Shown piece by piece: positions 29,411 through 38,474 of a stretch of 64,000 nucleotides of DNA (the stretch's first letter is position 1; every line of letters starts with the position of its first letter). The notes beneath the pieces were generated by a model that was not told the origin of the DNA, did not search any database, and saw nothing but the letters and a program-made list of their open reading frames with translations. Source of the DNA: Deltaproteobacteria bacterium. GTDB lineage: Bacteria > Myxococcota > Kuafuiibacteriia > Kuafuiibacteriales > Kuafuiibacteriaceae. Position numbers and translations under genes: made by a program. Location: the NCBI GenBank assembly GCA_040218735.1, contig JAVJQW010000061.1:160001-224000 (forward strand), written 5' to 3'.

Positions 29411-29884
29411 ACTACACCGTTATCGGCCGGCAAGCCGGTCCTGCGGTGTCTACGCCCGCTGACGCGGGCTGCGCGCTACGCTTCGCTCCGCTTGCATTGC
29501 ACGGTTATCGGCCGGCAAGCCGGTCCTGCGGTGTCTTCGCTCGGCTACGCCTCGCTGCGCGTTCCGCTTCGCTCCGCTTGCATTACATCGTTATCGGCCG
29601 GCAAGCCGGTCCTGCGATGTCTACGCCCGCTGACGCGGGCTGCGCGCTACGCTTCGCTCCGCTTGCACGGACTACATCGTTATCGGCCGGCAAGCCGGTC
29701 CTGCGATGTCTACGTCCGCTGACGCGGGCTGCGCGCTACGCTTCGCTCCGCTTGCACGGACTACATCGTTATCGGCCGGCAAGCCGGTCCTGCGATGTCT
29801 CCGCTCGGCTTCGCCGCGCTGCGCGCTACGCTTCGCTCCGCTTGCATTGCGCGGTTATCGGCCGGCAAGCCGGTCCTGCCGCGC
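29411..29884. repeat. Intergenic tandem array of structured 85-89-bp units (REP/BIME-like), 5 full units + 1 partial
   Basis: Core GTTATCGGCCGGCAAGCCGGTCCTGC starts at 29419, 29504, 29590, 29679, 29768, 29854; each full unit also carries GCGCGCTACGCTTCGCTCCGCTTGCA (variant in unit 2). Confidence 0.92.
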
Positions 29885-30346
29885 CTACGGGACGGTCCGC
29901 GCCTTCTTCAGGGTGCGCGTGTAGGCCTTCGCTTCGAAGCGGAACGGGCCCACGCCCTCGATGCGGTGCGGGGGCTCGTAGCCGTTCTCGTAGGCGAAGT
30001 CGACCCAGTAGAAGTGCTGGCCGTCCGTGTAGATGCGGGCGCCGATTGCGCCGCAGGCGAGGTCGGCGCACTGGGCGCAGACGTACAGGAGAGTGCGGCC
30101 GCCGCGGTCTTCGGACTGGGTGGCCAGCGCTCGGCTGCGATCCCACTTCGCGCCCTTCAGGAGCTGGCGGTGCGCCGTGGTGGCGGTGCCCTCGTCGCCG
30201 TCGGCGAAGACGGACACCAGGTCGTTCGCGTCGACGCGCTTGGCGAGGGAGACGCCGTCCACGACGAAGTCGTGCCAGCGTCGCGGGGGCGCGCCGGGGC
30301 CGTCGGGGCGCTGCGCGAGGGACGTCGAGAGCTCGCTCGTCTTCAT
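29885..30346 (-). CDS. Conserved hypothetical protein with CxxC...C motif
   Basis: LLYVCAQCADLACGAI, W.DFAYEN, GPFRF; ATG start, normal codon usage. Confidence 0.7.
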   Translation of the reverse strand: MKTSELSTSLAQRPDGPGAPPRRWHDFVVDGVSLAKRVDANDLVSVFADGDEGTATTAHRQLLKGAKWDRSRALATQSEDRGGRTLLYVCAQCADLACGAIGARIYTDGQHFYWVDFAYENGYEPPHRIEGVGPFRFEAKAYTRTLKKARTVP

Positions 30347-30363
30347 CCGTTCAACCTAGGCAC

Positions 30364-32088
30364 TCAATACCGAAGGTCGAGCTCGATCCGACCGCCCTCG
30401 AAGCCCGGGAAGAAGCGGCACACGCCGCCCGTGCACTTCAGGCCCGCGCGCTCGCCGCCGACCAGCGCGCGCACCAGGCCGCGCTCCGAGAACTGCCAGT
30501 TGCCCGCGACCGAGAAGTAGTGCTCGCGGAACAGCCCCGGCGTGCGCGTGTAGAACTCGTACGCGAGCGTCGCGCCCCAGGTGCGGCCCGCCTTGAAGGA
30601 CGCCGCGACGCGGCCCTCGTACCAGTCCTCGTTGTCCTGCCTCGCCTTCAAGACGTTCACGTACAGCTCCGCCGCGTTGTCGCCCCACAGGTGCTGCTCG
30701 GCGTCGGCGAACAGGTGGATGTCCACGCGCTCGAGCCCGCCGAACTGGCCGCGGTAACCCGCGTTGCCCGTCGCCGTGCCGCCCTCCCAGCGGAACGTCC
30801 CGCCGCCGTACACCGCCGTGGCGTCGGTCGCGGCGCTGCCGTCCCCCGCGACCCGCACCGCCGTCTCGTCGTGGTAGCGCCCCGCCGCGATGAACGGGAC
30901 GATCTTGTCGGTCACTCGGTAGTCCACGCGCACACGGCCGCCCGTCACGGTCTGGTTCGTGAGCAAGATGAGTTGCGGACGCTCCGCGGTCGGCTGCGCG
31001 ATGTACAGGTTGATGATCTGTCGCGAGTTGATCGTCGGGCTGTCGCTCTGCGCGACGAGGTCGGGGACGATCAGCGGCAAGTTGTCGTAGTGTTTGCCTT
31101 CGAACAGCACGGTGATCGGGCCCGCGAAGACGTTCGCCGACATATACGCGGCGAACGTATCCGTCGTGTCGACCGGCTGCCCCGGGTCCTTGATGTCACG
31201 CTCCATGAACACCGCCTCGGCGTACAGCTTCGCCCACTTCACCGGGCGCGGTAGCTCGACCGTCGCACCGACGCCGCGGATCTCCGCCTGCCGCGGTCGA
31301 TCGTCCTGGTTGCGCATCAAGACACCGTGCCCGCCGATCTTGAGGTACTTGCCGAAGCCGTACTCCGCCCGACCTCCGACGATCAGATCGTTGCCGTTGT
31401 CGTAGTTGAAGCCCTGGCCCTGCTCGAAGTTCCTCAGGTTCACGAACCCACCGAACGCGTTGAGCGAGAGGTCGCCGAGCCGCACCTTTCCGTTCGCGCC
31501 GCGGAGCTTGTTGTCGACGCCGACGTCACCGACCTTGCGGATCGCGAGGAGCAGCCCGCGCCCGAGCGTGATGTAGAAGTCGCCGAGCGTCAGGTCGACG
31601 TTCCGGTCCGAGTACGACGCGGAGATGTAGTCGAGGTTGTAGACGTTGTTGTAGCGCTGCTCGAGGTTCTCCGCGATGCGCGGCACCGCGTCCGGATGCG
31701 CGACCGGTTCGTTGAAGAACAGCGCCGTGTCGAAGCGCATCGCGACCTGCATCGGCCCGTAGCCGACCTCCCCGCCGATCGTCGTGACCAGATCGTAGAA
31801 GTTCTCGCCGGTCGGGTCGTACCGGGTGTCGAGCTCGAGGACGCCGGTGTTCGGGTTGATCGCGGTGAGCTGCGTGCGGTCACCGTTGTCGTACTGGTAA
31901 CGCGCCGTCGACAGCAGCAGAAAACCCGTCCGCCACGGCGACGGCTCCTCGAAGCTGGTTTCGATCGGCGTCGTCGAGAACAGCGTCGGCGCGGCCGAAG
32001 ACGTCGCGATGGACGAGGTCGTCACCTCCGCCGACGCGACGGGGCTCGCGAGCAGCGCCAGCGCGGCGCCGAACAGGACGGTCTTCAT
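30364..32088 (-). CDS. DUF6029-like outer-membrane beta-barrel protein
   Basis: Signal peptide MKTVLFGAALALLASPVASA; TLGDFY.TLGRGLLL; C-terminus GGERAGLKCTGGVCRFFPGFEG..LDLRY. Confidence 0.72.
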   Translation of the reverse strand: MKTVLFGAALALLASPVASAEVTTSSIATSSAAPTLFSTTPIETSFEEPSPWRTGFLLLSTARYQYDNGDRTQLTAINPNTGVLELDTRYDPTGENFYDLVTTIGGEVGYGPMQVAMRFDTALFFNEPVAHPDAVPRIAENLEQRYNNVYNLDYISASYSDRNVDLTLGDFYITLGRGLLLAIRKVGDVGVDNKLRGANGKVRLGDLSLNAFGGFVNLRNFEQGQGFNYDNGNDLIVGGRAEYGFGKYLKIGGHGVLMRNQDDRPRQAEIRGVGATVELPRPVKWAKLYAEAVFMERDIKDPGQPVDTTDTFAAYMSANVFAGPITVLFEGKHYDNLPLIVPDLVAQSDSPTINSRQIINLYIAQPTAERPQLILLTNQTVTGGRVRVDYRVTDKIVPFIAAGRYHDETAVRVAGDGSAATDATAVYGGGTFRWEGGTATGNAGYRGQFGGLERVDIHLFADAEQHLWGDNAAELYVNVLKARQDNEDWYEGRVAASFKAGRTWGATLAYEFYTRTPGLFREHYFSVAGNWQFSERGLVRALVGGERAGLKCTGGVCRFFPGFEGGRIELDLRY

Positions 32089-32627
32089 TGCGCGAGGAGC
32101 TTTTTGACTGCCTCGGCCAGCTTGACCTCGTCGCCCGGGTTGTAACCCGCGGCCTGGTGCACGATGCGCCCCTGGCGATCGATGATCACCGTCATCGGCG
32201 CGTTGCGCGAACGGTTGTACAGCGCGACGGCGCGCTGGTTCGTGTCGAGCGCGACGGGCATCGTGAGCCCGAGGCGCTGCGCCGTCGGCGCGACCTCGGC
32301 GACCGTCGTCGGCTCGTCCATCGCGAGCGCGACGATCATCAGACCCTTTTCCTTCTCCGCGTTGTACAGCTCGTCGAGGTGCGGGAGCTCCACTTTGCAG
32401 GGCCCGCACCACGTCGCCCAGAAGCTCATCACGATCACGTCCTTGCCCACGTGATCCGACAGCGTGAACTTGTCGCCGTCGATCGTCTCCAGCGTGAAGT
32501 CCGGCAGCGTCGCCGCCCCGCTCTTCTTCGCGGCCGACGCCTTCGATTCGGTCTTCGCCGGATCCGACGCCTTGGGGCCCTGGGCACACGCCGCCGTCAG
32601 GAGCAGCAGCAACATCAACCTTCGCAT
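32085..32627 (-). CDS. TlpA/ResA-family thiol-disulfide oxidoreductase lipoprotein
   Basis: Lipobox TAAC; PDFTL, FWATWCGPC, P.TVIIDRQG. Confidence 0.9.
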   Translation of the reverse strand: MRRLMLLLLLTAACAQGPKASDPAKTESKASAAKKSGAATLPDFTLETIDGDKFTLSDHVGKDVIVMSFWATWCGPCKVELPHLDELYNAEKEKGLMIVALAMDEPTTVAEVAPTAQRLGLTMPVALDTNQRAVALYNRSRNAPMTVIIDRQGRIVHQAAGYNPGDEVKLAEAVKKLLAQ

Positions 32628-32643
32628 CGTGAAGAGTTCCCTA

Positions 32644-33306
32644 TCACCGTTCGAGGAGCGACTCGAAGTAATCGAAGACGGCCGGATCGGTTCCCACCTG
32701 CGTCCGCAGGATCGTCATCGTCTCGAGGTCGATGACGACGTTGAGCGGGAGCGTCGGCGGCACGAGCACGCGGTTCACGTACGCGCTCGGGTCGTGAAGC
32801 GTCGTATACGTGGGGCGCTGCGAGCGTAGCCAGTTGTCGAGCACCTGCTTCGTCGCCGGACGTGCGTTGGTGTCCTCGATGACCACGCTGACGAGGAGCC
32901 CGCCGCGCGGCGCCCACTCGGCGTACTGGTTCGGGAACTCACGCGCCTCGAGCTTGCACTCCGCGCACCAGTCGGCCGCGACGTTGAACAACAAGTAGTC
33001 GTAGCCCTCGATGTCGCGCAGGTCTTCGAACGTGACGCTCTCGATGTATTCGTTGCCGCGGATCGAGTCGACGGGCATCTCCGTCACGTAGCCGGCGAAC
33101 GCGGCGTTCTCGATGACGTCGCCCGCTTCGCCGCCGTACGGCCCGACGGGGTAGGTCGGCGTGCCGCCGTCGCGATCGGGATCGATCTGTCCCGCGTCGC
33201 GCGGTGCGTAGTACCAGGCCGGCGGCTCACCCACGACGTTGTCGCCGCAGCCGACCAACCACGCCGCGCCCGCCAAGATCAGGGCGCCTCGAAGACTTCG
33301 ATTCAT
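32644..33306 (-). CDS. Thioredoxin-fold (TlpA-like) lipoprotein
   Basis: MNRSLRGALILAGAAWLVGC lipobox; AADWCAEC; P.NVVIDL.TM; YPVGPYG. Confidence 0.75.
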   Translation of the reverse strand: MNRSLRGALILAGAAWLVGCGDNVVGEPPAWYYAPRDAGQIDPDRDGGTPTYPVGPYGGEAGDVIENAAFAGYVTEMPVDSIRGNEYIESVTFEDLRDIEGYDYLLFNVAADWCAECKLEAREFPNQYAEWAPRGGLLVSVVIEDTNARPATKQVLDNWLRSQRPTYTTLHDPSAYVNRVLVPPTLPLNVVIDLETMTILRTQVGTDPAVFDYFESLLER

Positions 33307-33407
33307 TGCGTCACCGTACTCTACCGTCCGTCCCCCCTCATCGTTACCAGACGCGCACGACGTCCGGAAACGATCCGTTCGGTTCGGACATCTCCTGAAC
33401 AGCGGTG

Positions 33408-33440
33408 AGGCACGTAACTTGGCCCGACCAACCTCCGTAT
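33408..33440 (+). promoter_or_regulatory. Putative promoter AGGCACGTAACTTGG...CGTAT (ECF AAC-N17-CGT, or sigma54 variant)
   Basis: Upstream of the NrsF-like gene; near-identical 15-mer at 55276-55290 on the minus strand. Confidence 0.35.
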
Positions 33441-33453
33441 CCACCGTCAGCCG

Positions 33454-34074
33454 ATGCAGACGCCCCCCCACGCCCCCTCCGCGGTCGACGTGATCCACCG
33501 CGATCTGAGCGCGTTCGGCCGCCGCCGGGCGGTGGCCCTGGTGGGTTACCTCGCCCTCGCGGCGCTGCTCCTGGGGGCCTTTCTGCTCGCCCCGTCCAAG
33601 AAACCCACCCTCGAACGCGACGGCCCCTGGATGGTCGCGCTGGGCCTCGTCTTCGTGGGCTCGGCCCTGTGCACCGCCATCGCGCTCGGGGTCCCGCTGG
33701 TCCGTCGGATGACCGCCTACAGTCTGGGCGCCGTTGGTCTGGGCAGTGTCTTCGCCGGCCTGTTCCTCACCGTCGACCCCGCCGCCATCGGCGGCGCACC
33801 CGGGCCGCAGTGCTTCGCCTTCGGGAGCGCCGTCTCCGCGGTGGCGATGGTCGCGCTCGGCGTGGTGTCGGGCCGCGTGTGGCGCCGCTTCCCCGACCCC
33901 ACGTTCTTCATCGCGACCGGCGTGACCGGCGTGGGCATCGCGGTCCTCCACATGCGTTGCCCGAACGGCGAACCGCTGCACCTGTTCGGCTTCCACGCGA
34001 CGCCGCTGATCCTCCTGTTCCTGGTCACGCGCTTCGTCGTCCGCGCCCGGACGCGCCTGTTGCAGGACACCTGA
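33454..34074 (+). CDS. NrsF/DUF1109-like membrane protein (putative anti-sigma)
   Basis: About six TM segments; G..CF..G and LH..CP....HL..FH motifs. Confidence 0.6.
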   Translation: MQTPPHAPSAVDVIHRDLSAFGRRRAVALVGYLALAALLLGAFLLAPSKKPTLERDGPWMVALGLVFVGSALCTAIALGVPLVRRMTAYSLGAVGLGSVFAGLFLTVDPAAIGGAPGPQCFAFGSAVSAVAMVALGVVSGRVWRRFPDPTFFIATGVTGVGIAVLHMRCPNGEPLHLFGFHATPLILLFLVTRFVVRARTRLLQDT

Positions 34075-34101
34075 GCGCTCTGCCACCCTTGTCACGACAA
34101 C

Positions 34102-34641
34102 GTGACGAAGGAAGACGCACGCATCGGCATCGTGACCGTGTCCGACCGCGCCAGCCGCGGCGAATACGAAGACCTCGGAGGCCCGGCCATCCGCGCCTAC
34201 TTCGAACAGATCCTCACCAACCCGTGGTCCCCGGTCGCGCGCGTGATCGCGGACGACCAGAACACCATCGAGTCCACGCTCGCCGAGCTCGTCGACGACG
34301 CCGGCTGTGACCTCGTCGTCACCACCGGCGGCACCGGCCCCGCGCCCCGCGACGTGACGCCCGAAGCCACCGAGGCCGTCGCCGACAAACTCATGCCCGG
34401 CTTCGGCGAGCTGATGCGGCAGGTGTCGCTCCAGTACGTGCCGACCGCGATCCTCTCGCGCCAGACCGCGGTGATCCGCAAGAAGGCGCTCATCGTGAAC
34501 CTCCCCGGGAAGCCGAAGTCGATCCGCGAGTGCCTCGACGCCGTGATGCCCGCGATCCCGTACTGCCTCGACCTGATCGGCGCGGCCTACCTCACGACCG
34601 ACGAGACGAAGGTCAAAGCGTTCCGCCCCAAACCAAAGTGA
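34102..34641 (+). CDS. mog: Molybdopterin adenylyltransferase
   Basis: TVSDRASRG.YEDLGGP, TTGGTGPAPRDVTPEAT, PGFGELMR..SL..VPTAILSRQ, NLPGKPKSI. Confidence 0.95.
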   Translation: MTKEDARIGIVTVSDRASRGEYEDLGGPAIRAYFEQILTNPWSPVARVIADDQNTIESTLAELVDDAGCDLVVTTGGTGPAPRDVTPEATEAVADKLMPGFGELMRQVSLQYVPTAILSRQTAVIRKKALIVNLPGKPKSIRECLDAVMPAIPYCLDLIGAAYLTTDETKVKAFRPKPK

Positions 34642-36014
34642 TGCGATACGCCGTCCTCGCCTCCACGCTGTTGCTCGGGTGCTCGGCCCGCGTCACGGCG
34701 ATCGACCTCCCCGATCCGGCGGACATGAAGTCGATGCTGGTGGGCTGGTCGCACGAGAACGACAAACGCATGTTCGGCTTCGACCTCGAGGCCCCGATCG
34801 ACGCGGACAAACTCCCCGACCTCGAATCGTTCAGCGGCGAGGCGACGCTGTGGGCGGTGTTCTACCGCGACCCCCTCCCGGCGGTCGGGTTGGAGGCGGG
34901 CGAGATCTTCGAGGTGAAGGACGAGGCGACGTCGCGTCCGCTACCGGAGTTCGCGGAGGGCTACGTGCGCGCCGTCCCCGACGACGACGACTGGGGGAAG
35001 CTGTCCGGCACGGCGGGGGCGCAGATCGAGTTCAGGATCGAGCGCGGCCCGGTGTCCCTCGAGCACTGCCCCGAGGACTTCGGGCTGCAGCCGGCCTACC
35101 GGAGCCCGCGCGAAGAGAGCTTTCACACGTCGCTCACGATCAACGACAGCCTCGTCTACGCGTTCGGCGAGGCCGGGACCCTCCTCGAGATCACGCCGAC
35201 GGGCGTGACCGCCACCTCGACGTCGATGGTCCACGGCGCGAACGCGTCGGCCCTCGCACCGAACGGCGACGTCTGGCTCGGGACCTACTTCCGCGTGGAC
35301 CCGGAGACCCTCGAGGGCCGCGTGTACCGCGGGCACCCGGACCGCGGGTTCGTGGAGGTGGCGCGCGAGGCGTCGGAGATCATCGCGATGGCGGCGCCCG
35401 GTGTGCCGGGGGCGGTCGACGAGCTGTTCTACATCACCAACGAGGGTTTGATCGTCCACCTCAGGGAGGGGACGCGGGTGGAGTACGACGAGCCGCTGTA
35501 CGCGGAGGGCAACGACGTGAAGATCGCGGGCGCAGTGTGGAAGGGCGACGGTGAGGCCGGCATGTTCCTCGCGAAGTCCTACGCGGCGATCTCGGAGGGG
35601 AGCATCCGCGAGTACTTCCACGAGGTCACCAACGGCGGCGACTACACCGCGATGACGAAGCTCGCGAACGGCGATGTCCTCGTGCTCCAGGGCCTCGGGT
35701 GGCTGGTGCAGCCCACGCCGCAGGACGGCTTCCCGAACGGGCTGATGCGCGCCGGCCAGCACATCGGTACGAAGGACACCTTCGCGTTGATTCCTTACGG
35801 GCCCGGCTTCCTCTACGCGCCGGCCGGGTTGTCGCCGATCTACGGCGTCCTGCACGAGGCGCAATGCAACGCGGACTCGGATCAGACCTTCGCCGACTTC
35901 ACGGCGAAGACGGCGAATCGAATGGGGGACCACTACGTGGTGATCGGAAGTGCCAGCAACATGCGCGTGATGGACAGACGCGCCGTCATCCTGATCGGAC
36001 GCGCCGAATGGTAG
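34641..36014 (+). CDS. Hypothetical lipoprotein (beta-propeller-like)
   Basis: MRYAVLASTLLLGC lipobox; ATG overlaps mog stop. Confidence 0.7.
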   Translation: MRYAVLASTLLLGCSARVTAIDLPDPADMKSMLVGWSHENDKRMFGFDLEAPIDADKLPDLESFSGEATLWAVFYRDPLPAVGLEAGEIFEVKDEATSRPLPEFAEGYVRAVPDDDDWGKLSGTAGAQIEFRIERGPVSLEHCPEDFGLQPAYRSPREESFHTSLTINDSLVYAFGEAGTLLEITPTGVTATSTSMVHGANASALAPNGDVWLGTYFRVDPETLEGRVYRGHPDRGFVEVAREASEIIAMAAPGVPGAVDELFYITNEGLIVHLREGTRVEYDEPLYAEGNDVKIAGAVWKGDGEAGMFLAKSYAAISEGSIREYFHEVTNGGDYTAMTKLANGDVLVLQGLGWLVQPTPQDGFPNGLMRAGQHIGTKDTFALIPYGPGFLYAPAGLSPIYGVLHEAQCNADSDQTFADFTAKTANRMGDHYVVIGSASNMRVMDRRAVILIGRAEW

Positions 36015-36649
36015 TCGTACCGCTGCTCCTCGCGCTCGGGGCACCACCGACGCTCGTCGACGTCGCCAAGCTCGACAAGCGCTTCCGCCTCGACATCAAG
36101 TACGCGACCGAGGACAACTTCTTCGGCAAGAAGGTGTACCCGGAGGCGCGTTGCCTGCTGCGCCCCGAGGTCGCCGAGCGCGTCGTCGCCGCGCAGAAGT
36201 GGCTGGACGCGAAGCACCCCGGGTACGTGTTGCTGTTCAAGGACTGCTACCGCCCGAACCACGTGCAGCACGTGTTGTGGGACGCGGTGAAGGGGACGAA
36301 GAAGTCCGCGTACGTCGCGAACCCGAACACGAAGACGGGGTCGATCCATTCCTATGGCGCCGCGGTCGACCTCACGTTGGTCGATGCGGAGGGTAAGGAG
36401 GTCGACATGGGCACGCCGTACGACCACCTCGGCAAACTCGCCGAGCCGCGCCACGAGGCGCGGTTCGTCCGCGAGCGAAAGCTCACCGCGCGACAGGTCG
36501 CAAACCGGAGGATCCTGCGGGACGCGATGACCAAGGGTGGGCAGTTCAAGATCATCCGGAACGAGTGGTGGCACTTCAACGCGGCACCCTCGAAGGTGAT
36601 CCGCAAGAAGTACGAGCGCCTGGACCTGCCTTTCTCCGCGGTGGACTGA
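36008..36649 (+). CDS. ddpX: D-Ala-D-Ala dipeptidase (M15D, VanX/DdpX family), exported
   Basis: DIKYAT.DNF.G, DCYRP, SIHSYGAAVDLT, DMGTPYD, EWWHF. Confidence 0.88.
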   Translation: MVVVPLLLALGAPPTLVDVAKLDKRFRLDIKYATEDNFFGKKVYPEARCLLRPEVAERVVAAQKWLDAKHPGYVLLFKDCYRPNHVQHVLWDAVKGTKKSAYVANPNTKTGSIHSYGAAVDLTLVDAEGKEVDMGTPYDHLGKLAEPRHEARFVRERKLTARQVANRRILRDAMTKGGQFKIIRNEWWHFNAAPSKVIRKKYERLDLPFSAVD

Positions 36650-36713
36650 CGCCGCGGCCGCTGTTTGCGTTCGCCGGCTTTCCTTTGGTGCATTCGGTTG
36701 CCATGCTGGCTGC

Positions 36714-38459
36714 GTGCGGATCCTGAGACTCCTCGCCGTACCCATCGTCGTGCTGTGGGCGCTGATCGTGCGCCCGCTGCAGATTCGAGCGCGTAAGCGG
36801 ATCCTGAAGAAGAACGGCTGGGCCGAGCTGCACCTCGAGGGGCAGGTCATGGAGATGCGCCCCGTCGAGAAGCTCGCGCAGCAGCTCGTGAAGCGGGCGA
36901 TGCAGCGCGAGGACCCGCCGCGCGTCGTGCTCGCGCGGCTGCGCCGGTTCGCGGACGAGATCGCCTCGGACAAACACGCGCGCGGGGTGCTGGTTCGCAT
37001 CGACGCGCTGTCCTGCGGGCTCGCCTCCGCGACGGCGATCCGGCGCGAGCTGATGAACATCCGCGACGCCAAGAAGGAGGTCGTGGTCCACCTCGCGCGC
37101 AACGCGGGGAACCTGGAGATGTTCGTCGCTTCCGCGGCGACGAAGATCTACGCGACACCCGTCGGCGCGATCGCCTCCGTCGGCATGTCGTCGGTCGGGC
37201 TGTTCATGGCCGAGACGCTCGAGCGCATCGGCGTGAAGATCCAGGTCGCGTCGCGCGGTCGATTCAAGTCGGCGCCGGATCGTTTCACGCGCACGGAGCG
37301 CAGCGACGCGGACCGCGAGCAGACGCAGGCGCTGATCGACGAGGTCGACGCGGAGCTCGCGACCGCGATCGCCGACGGCCGACGCATCCCGGAGCCGGAC
37401 GCGATCACGATGATCGACTCGCTCCCGATGATCGGGACACAAGCGCTCGACAAGGGCTTCATCGACGGCATCGCCCGCGACGAAGACCTCCCGACCGTCG
37501 TGCAGACGATCGAAGACGCGGAGGAGCCGGCGCGCTTCGTCGGCGCGGGGGCGTACCTCGACGCGCGCACGATTCACCCGCTCTTCCCGCGCAAGCGGAA
37601 GCGGATCGGCATCGTGCAGGTGCACGGGGCGATCGTCGACAAGGCGCCGCCCTATCAGCAGGTCTCCGGGAGCTCCGCGGTGGAGAAGGCGGTCGTCGAC
37701 GACCTCCGGACCGCGCTGAACGACAAGACGATCGGTGCCGTCGTCCTGCACATCGATTCACGGGGCGGCAGCGTCACCGCGAGCGACGCGATGTACGCGG
37801 CGGTCAAACGCCTCGACCAGGAGAAGCCGGTCATCGCCTGCTTCGCCGACGTCTCGGCGAGCGGCGGGTACTACGTCGGGTGCGGCGCGCGCGCGATCGT
37901 GTGTGACCCGCTGACGATCACCGGGAGCATCGGCGTCTTCGCGATGATCCCGACGCTCCAGGGGCTCACCGAGAAGATCGACCTCAAACACGACGTCATC
38001 GAGAACCGCAAACACGCGTCGCTGTTCAACCTCTACCGCGACCTGACCCCCGAGAACCGCGAAGCCACCGACGCCGAAGTCGAAGCGATGTACGAGCGCT
38101 TCCTCGCCATCGTCGGCGAAGCGCGCGACATGACGCGCGACGAGGTCGACGAGGTCGCGCAGGGCCGCGTCTGGACCGGCCGCGCCGCCCGCAAACACCG
38201 CCTCGTCGACGGACTCGGCGGCATGGAGGAGGCGCTCGGCCGCGCGCGCGACGCTTGCCCGGACCGGCTCGACGAGCGCCCCGTGCTGGTGACCTCGAAG
38301 GGATCGCAGCGACGCCCCGAGCCGTTCGTCCCGGCGGAGGCGGCGCGGGTGTTGATGCAGTGGTTCGGCGCCGCGGACATCCCGGTGGATCTGCTGACGA
38401 TGATGCTGACGGGCTCGAGGCATTCGGTGTGGGCGTACGCCCCGGTAACCCTGCGCTGA
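36714..38459 (+). CDS. sppA: Signal peptide peptidase SppA (long, two-domain type)
   Basis: FKSAP, IDSRGGS, ASGGYY, TITGSIGV, AQGRVWTG, LVDGLGG. Confidence 0.9.
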   Translation: MRILRLLAVPIVVLWALIVRPLQIRARKRILKKNGWAELHLEGQVMEMRPVEKLAQQLVKRAMQREDPPRVVLARLRRFADEIASDKHARGVLVRIDALSCGLASATAIRRELMNIRDAKKEVVVHLARNAGNLEMFVASAATKIYATPVGAIASVGMSSVGLFMAETLERIGVKIQVASRGRFKSAPDRFTRTERSDADREQTQALIDEVDAELATAIADGRRIPEPDAITMIDSLPMIGTQALDKGFIDGIARDEDLPTVVQTIEDAEEPARFVGAGAYLDARTIHPLFPRKRKRIGIVQVHGAIVDKAPPYQQVSGSSAVEKAVVDDLRTALNDKTIGAVVLHIDSRGGSVTASDAMYAAVKRLDQEKPVIACFADVSASGGYYVGCGARAIVCDPLTITGSIGVFAMIPTLQGLTEKIDLKHDVIENRKHASLFNLYRDLTPENREATDAEVEAMYERFLAIVGEARDMTRDEVDEVAQGRVWTGRAARKHRLVDGLGGMEEALGRARDACPDRLDERPVLVTSKGSQRRPEPFVPAEAARVLMQWFGAADIPVDLLTMMLTGSRHSVWAYAPVTLR

Positions 38460-38474
38460 CGAAAGTCAGTCGCA

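Noticed and set aside
29419-29879. Hammerhead ribozyme in the repeat unit
   Set aside because: No CUGANGA...GAAA core on either strand
29411-29884. CRISPR array (core begins GTT and contains a hairpin)
   Set aside because: Inter-core sequences are near-identical rather than unique spacers; no cas genes or AT-rich leader
29339-29924. ORFs of 127 aa and 72 aa, and the 773-aa ORF from 28933, crossing the array
   Set aside because: Translations only mirror the DNA repeat; unit lengths 85, 86 and 89 are not multiples of 3
32085-33306. Selenoproteins among the thioredoxin-fold genes
   Set aside because: Both CxxC motifs use ordinary Cys codons; no in-frame TGA
36008-36649. Vancomycin-resistance vanX cluster
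   Set aside because: No vanH, vanA or vanRS nearby; stand-alone DdpX-like gene
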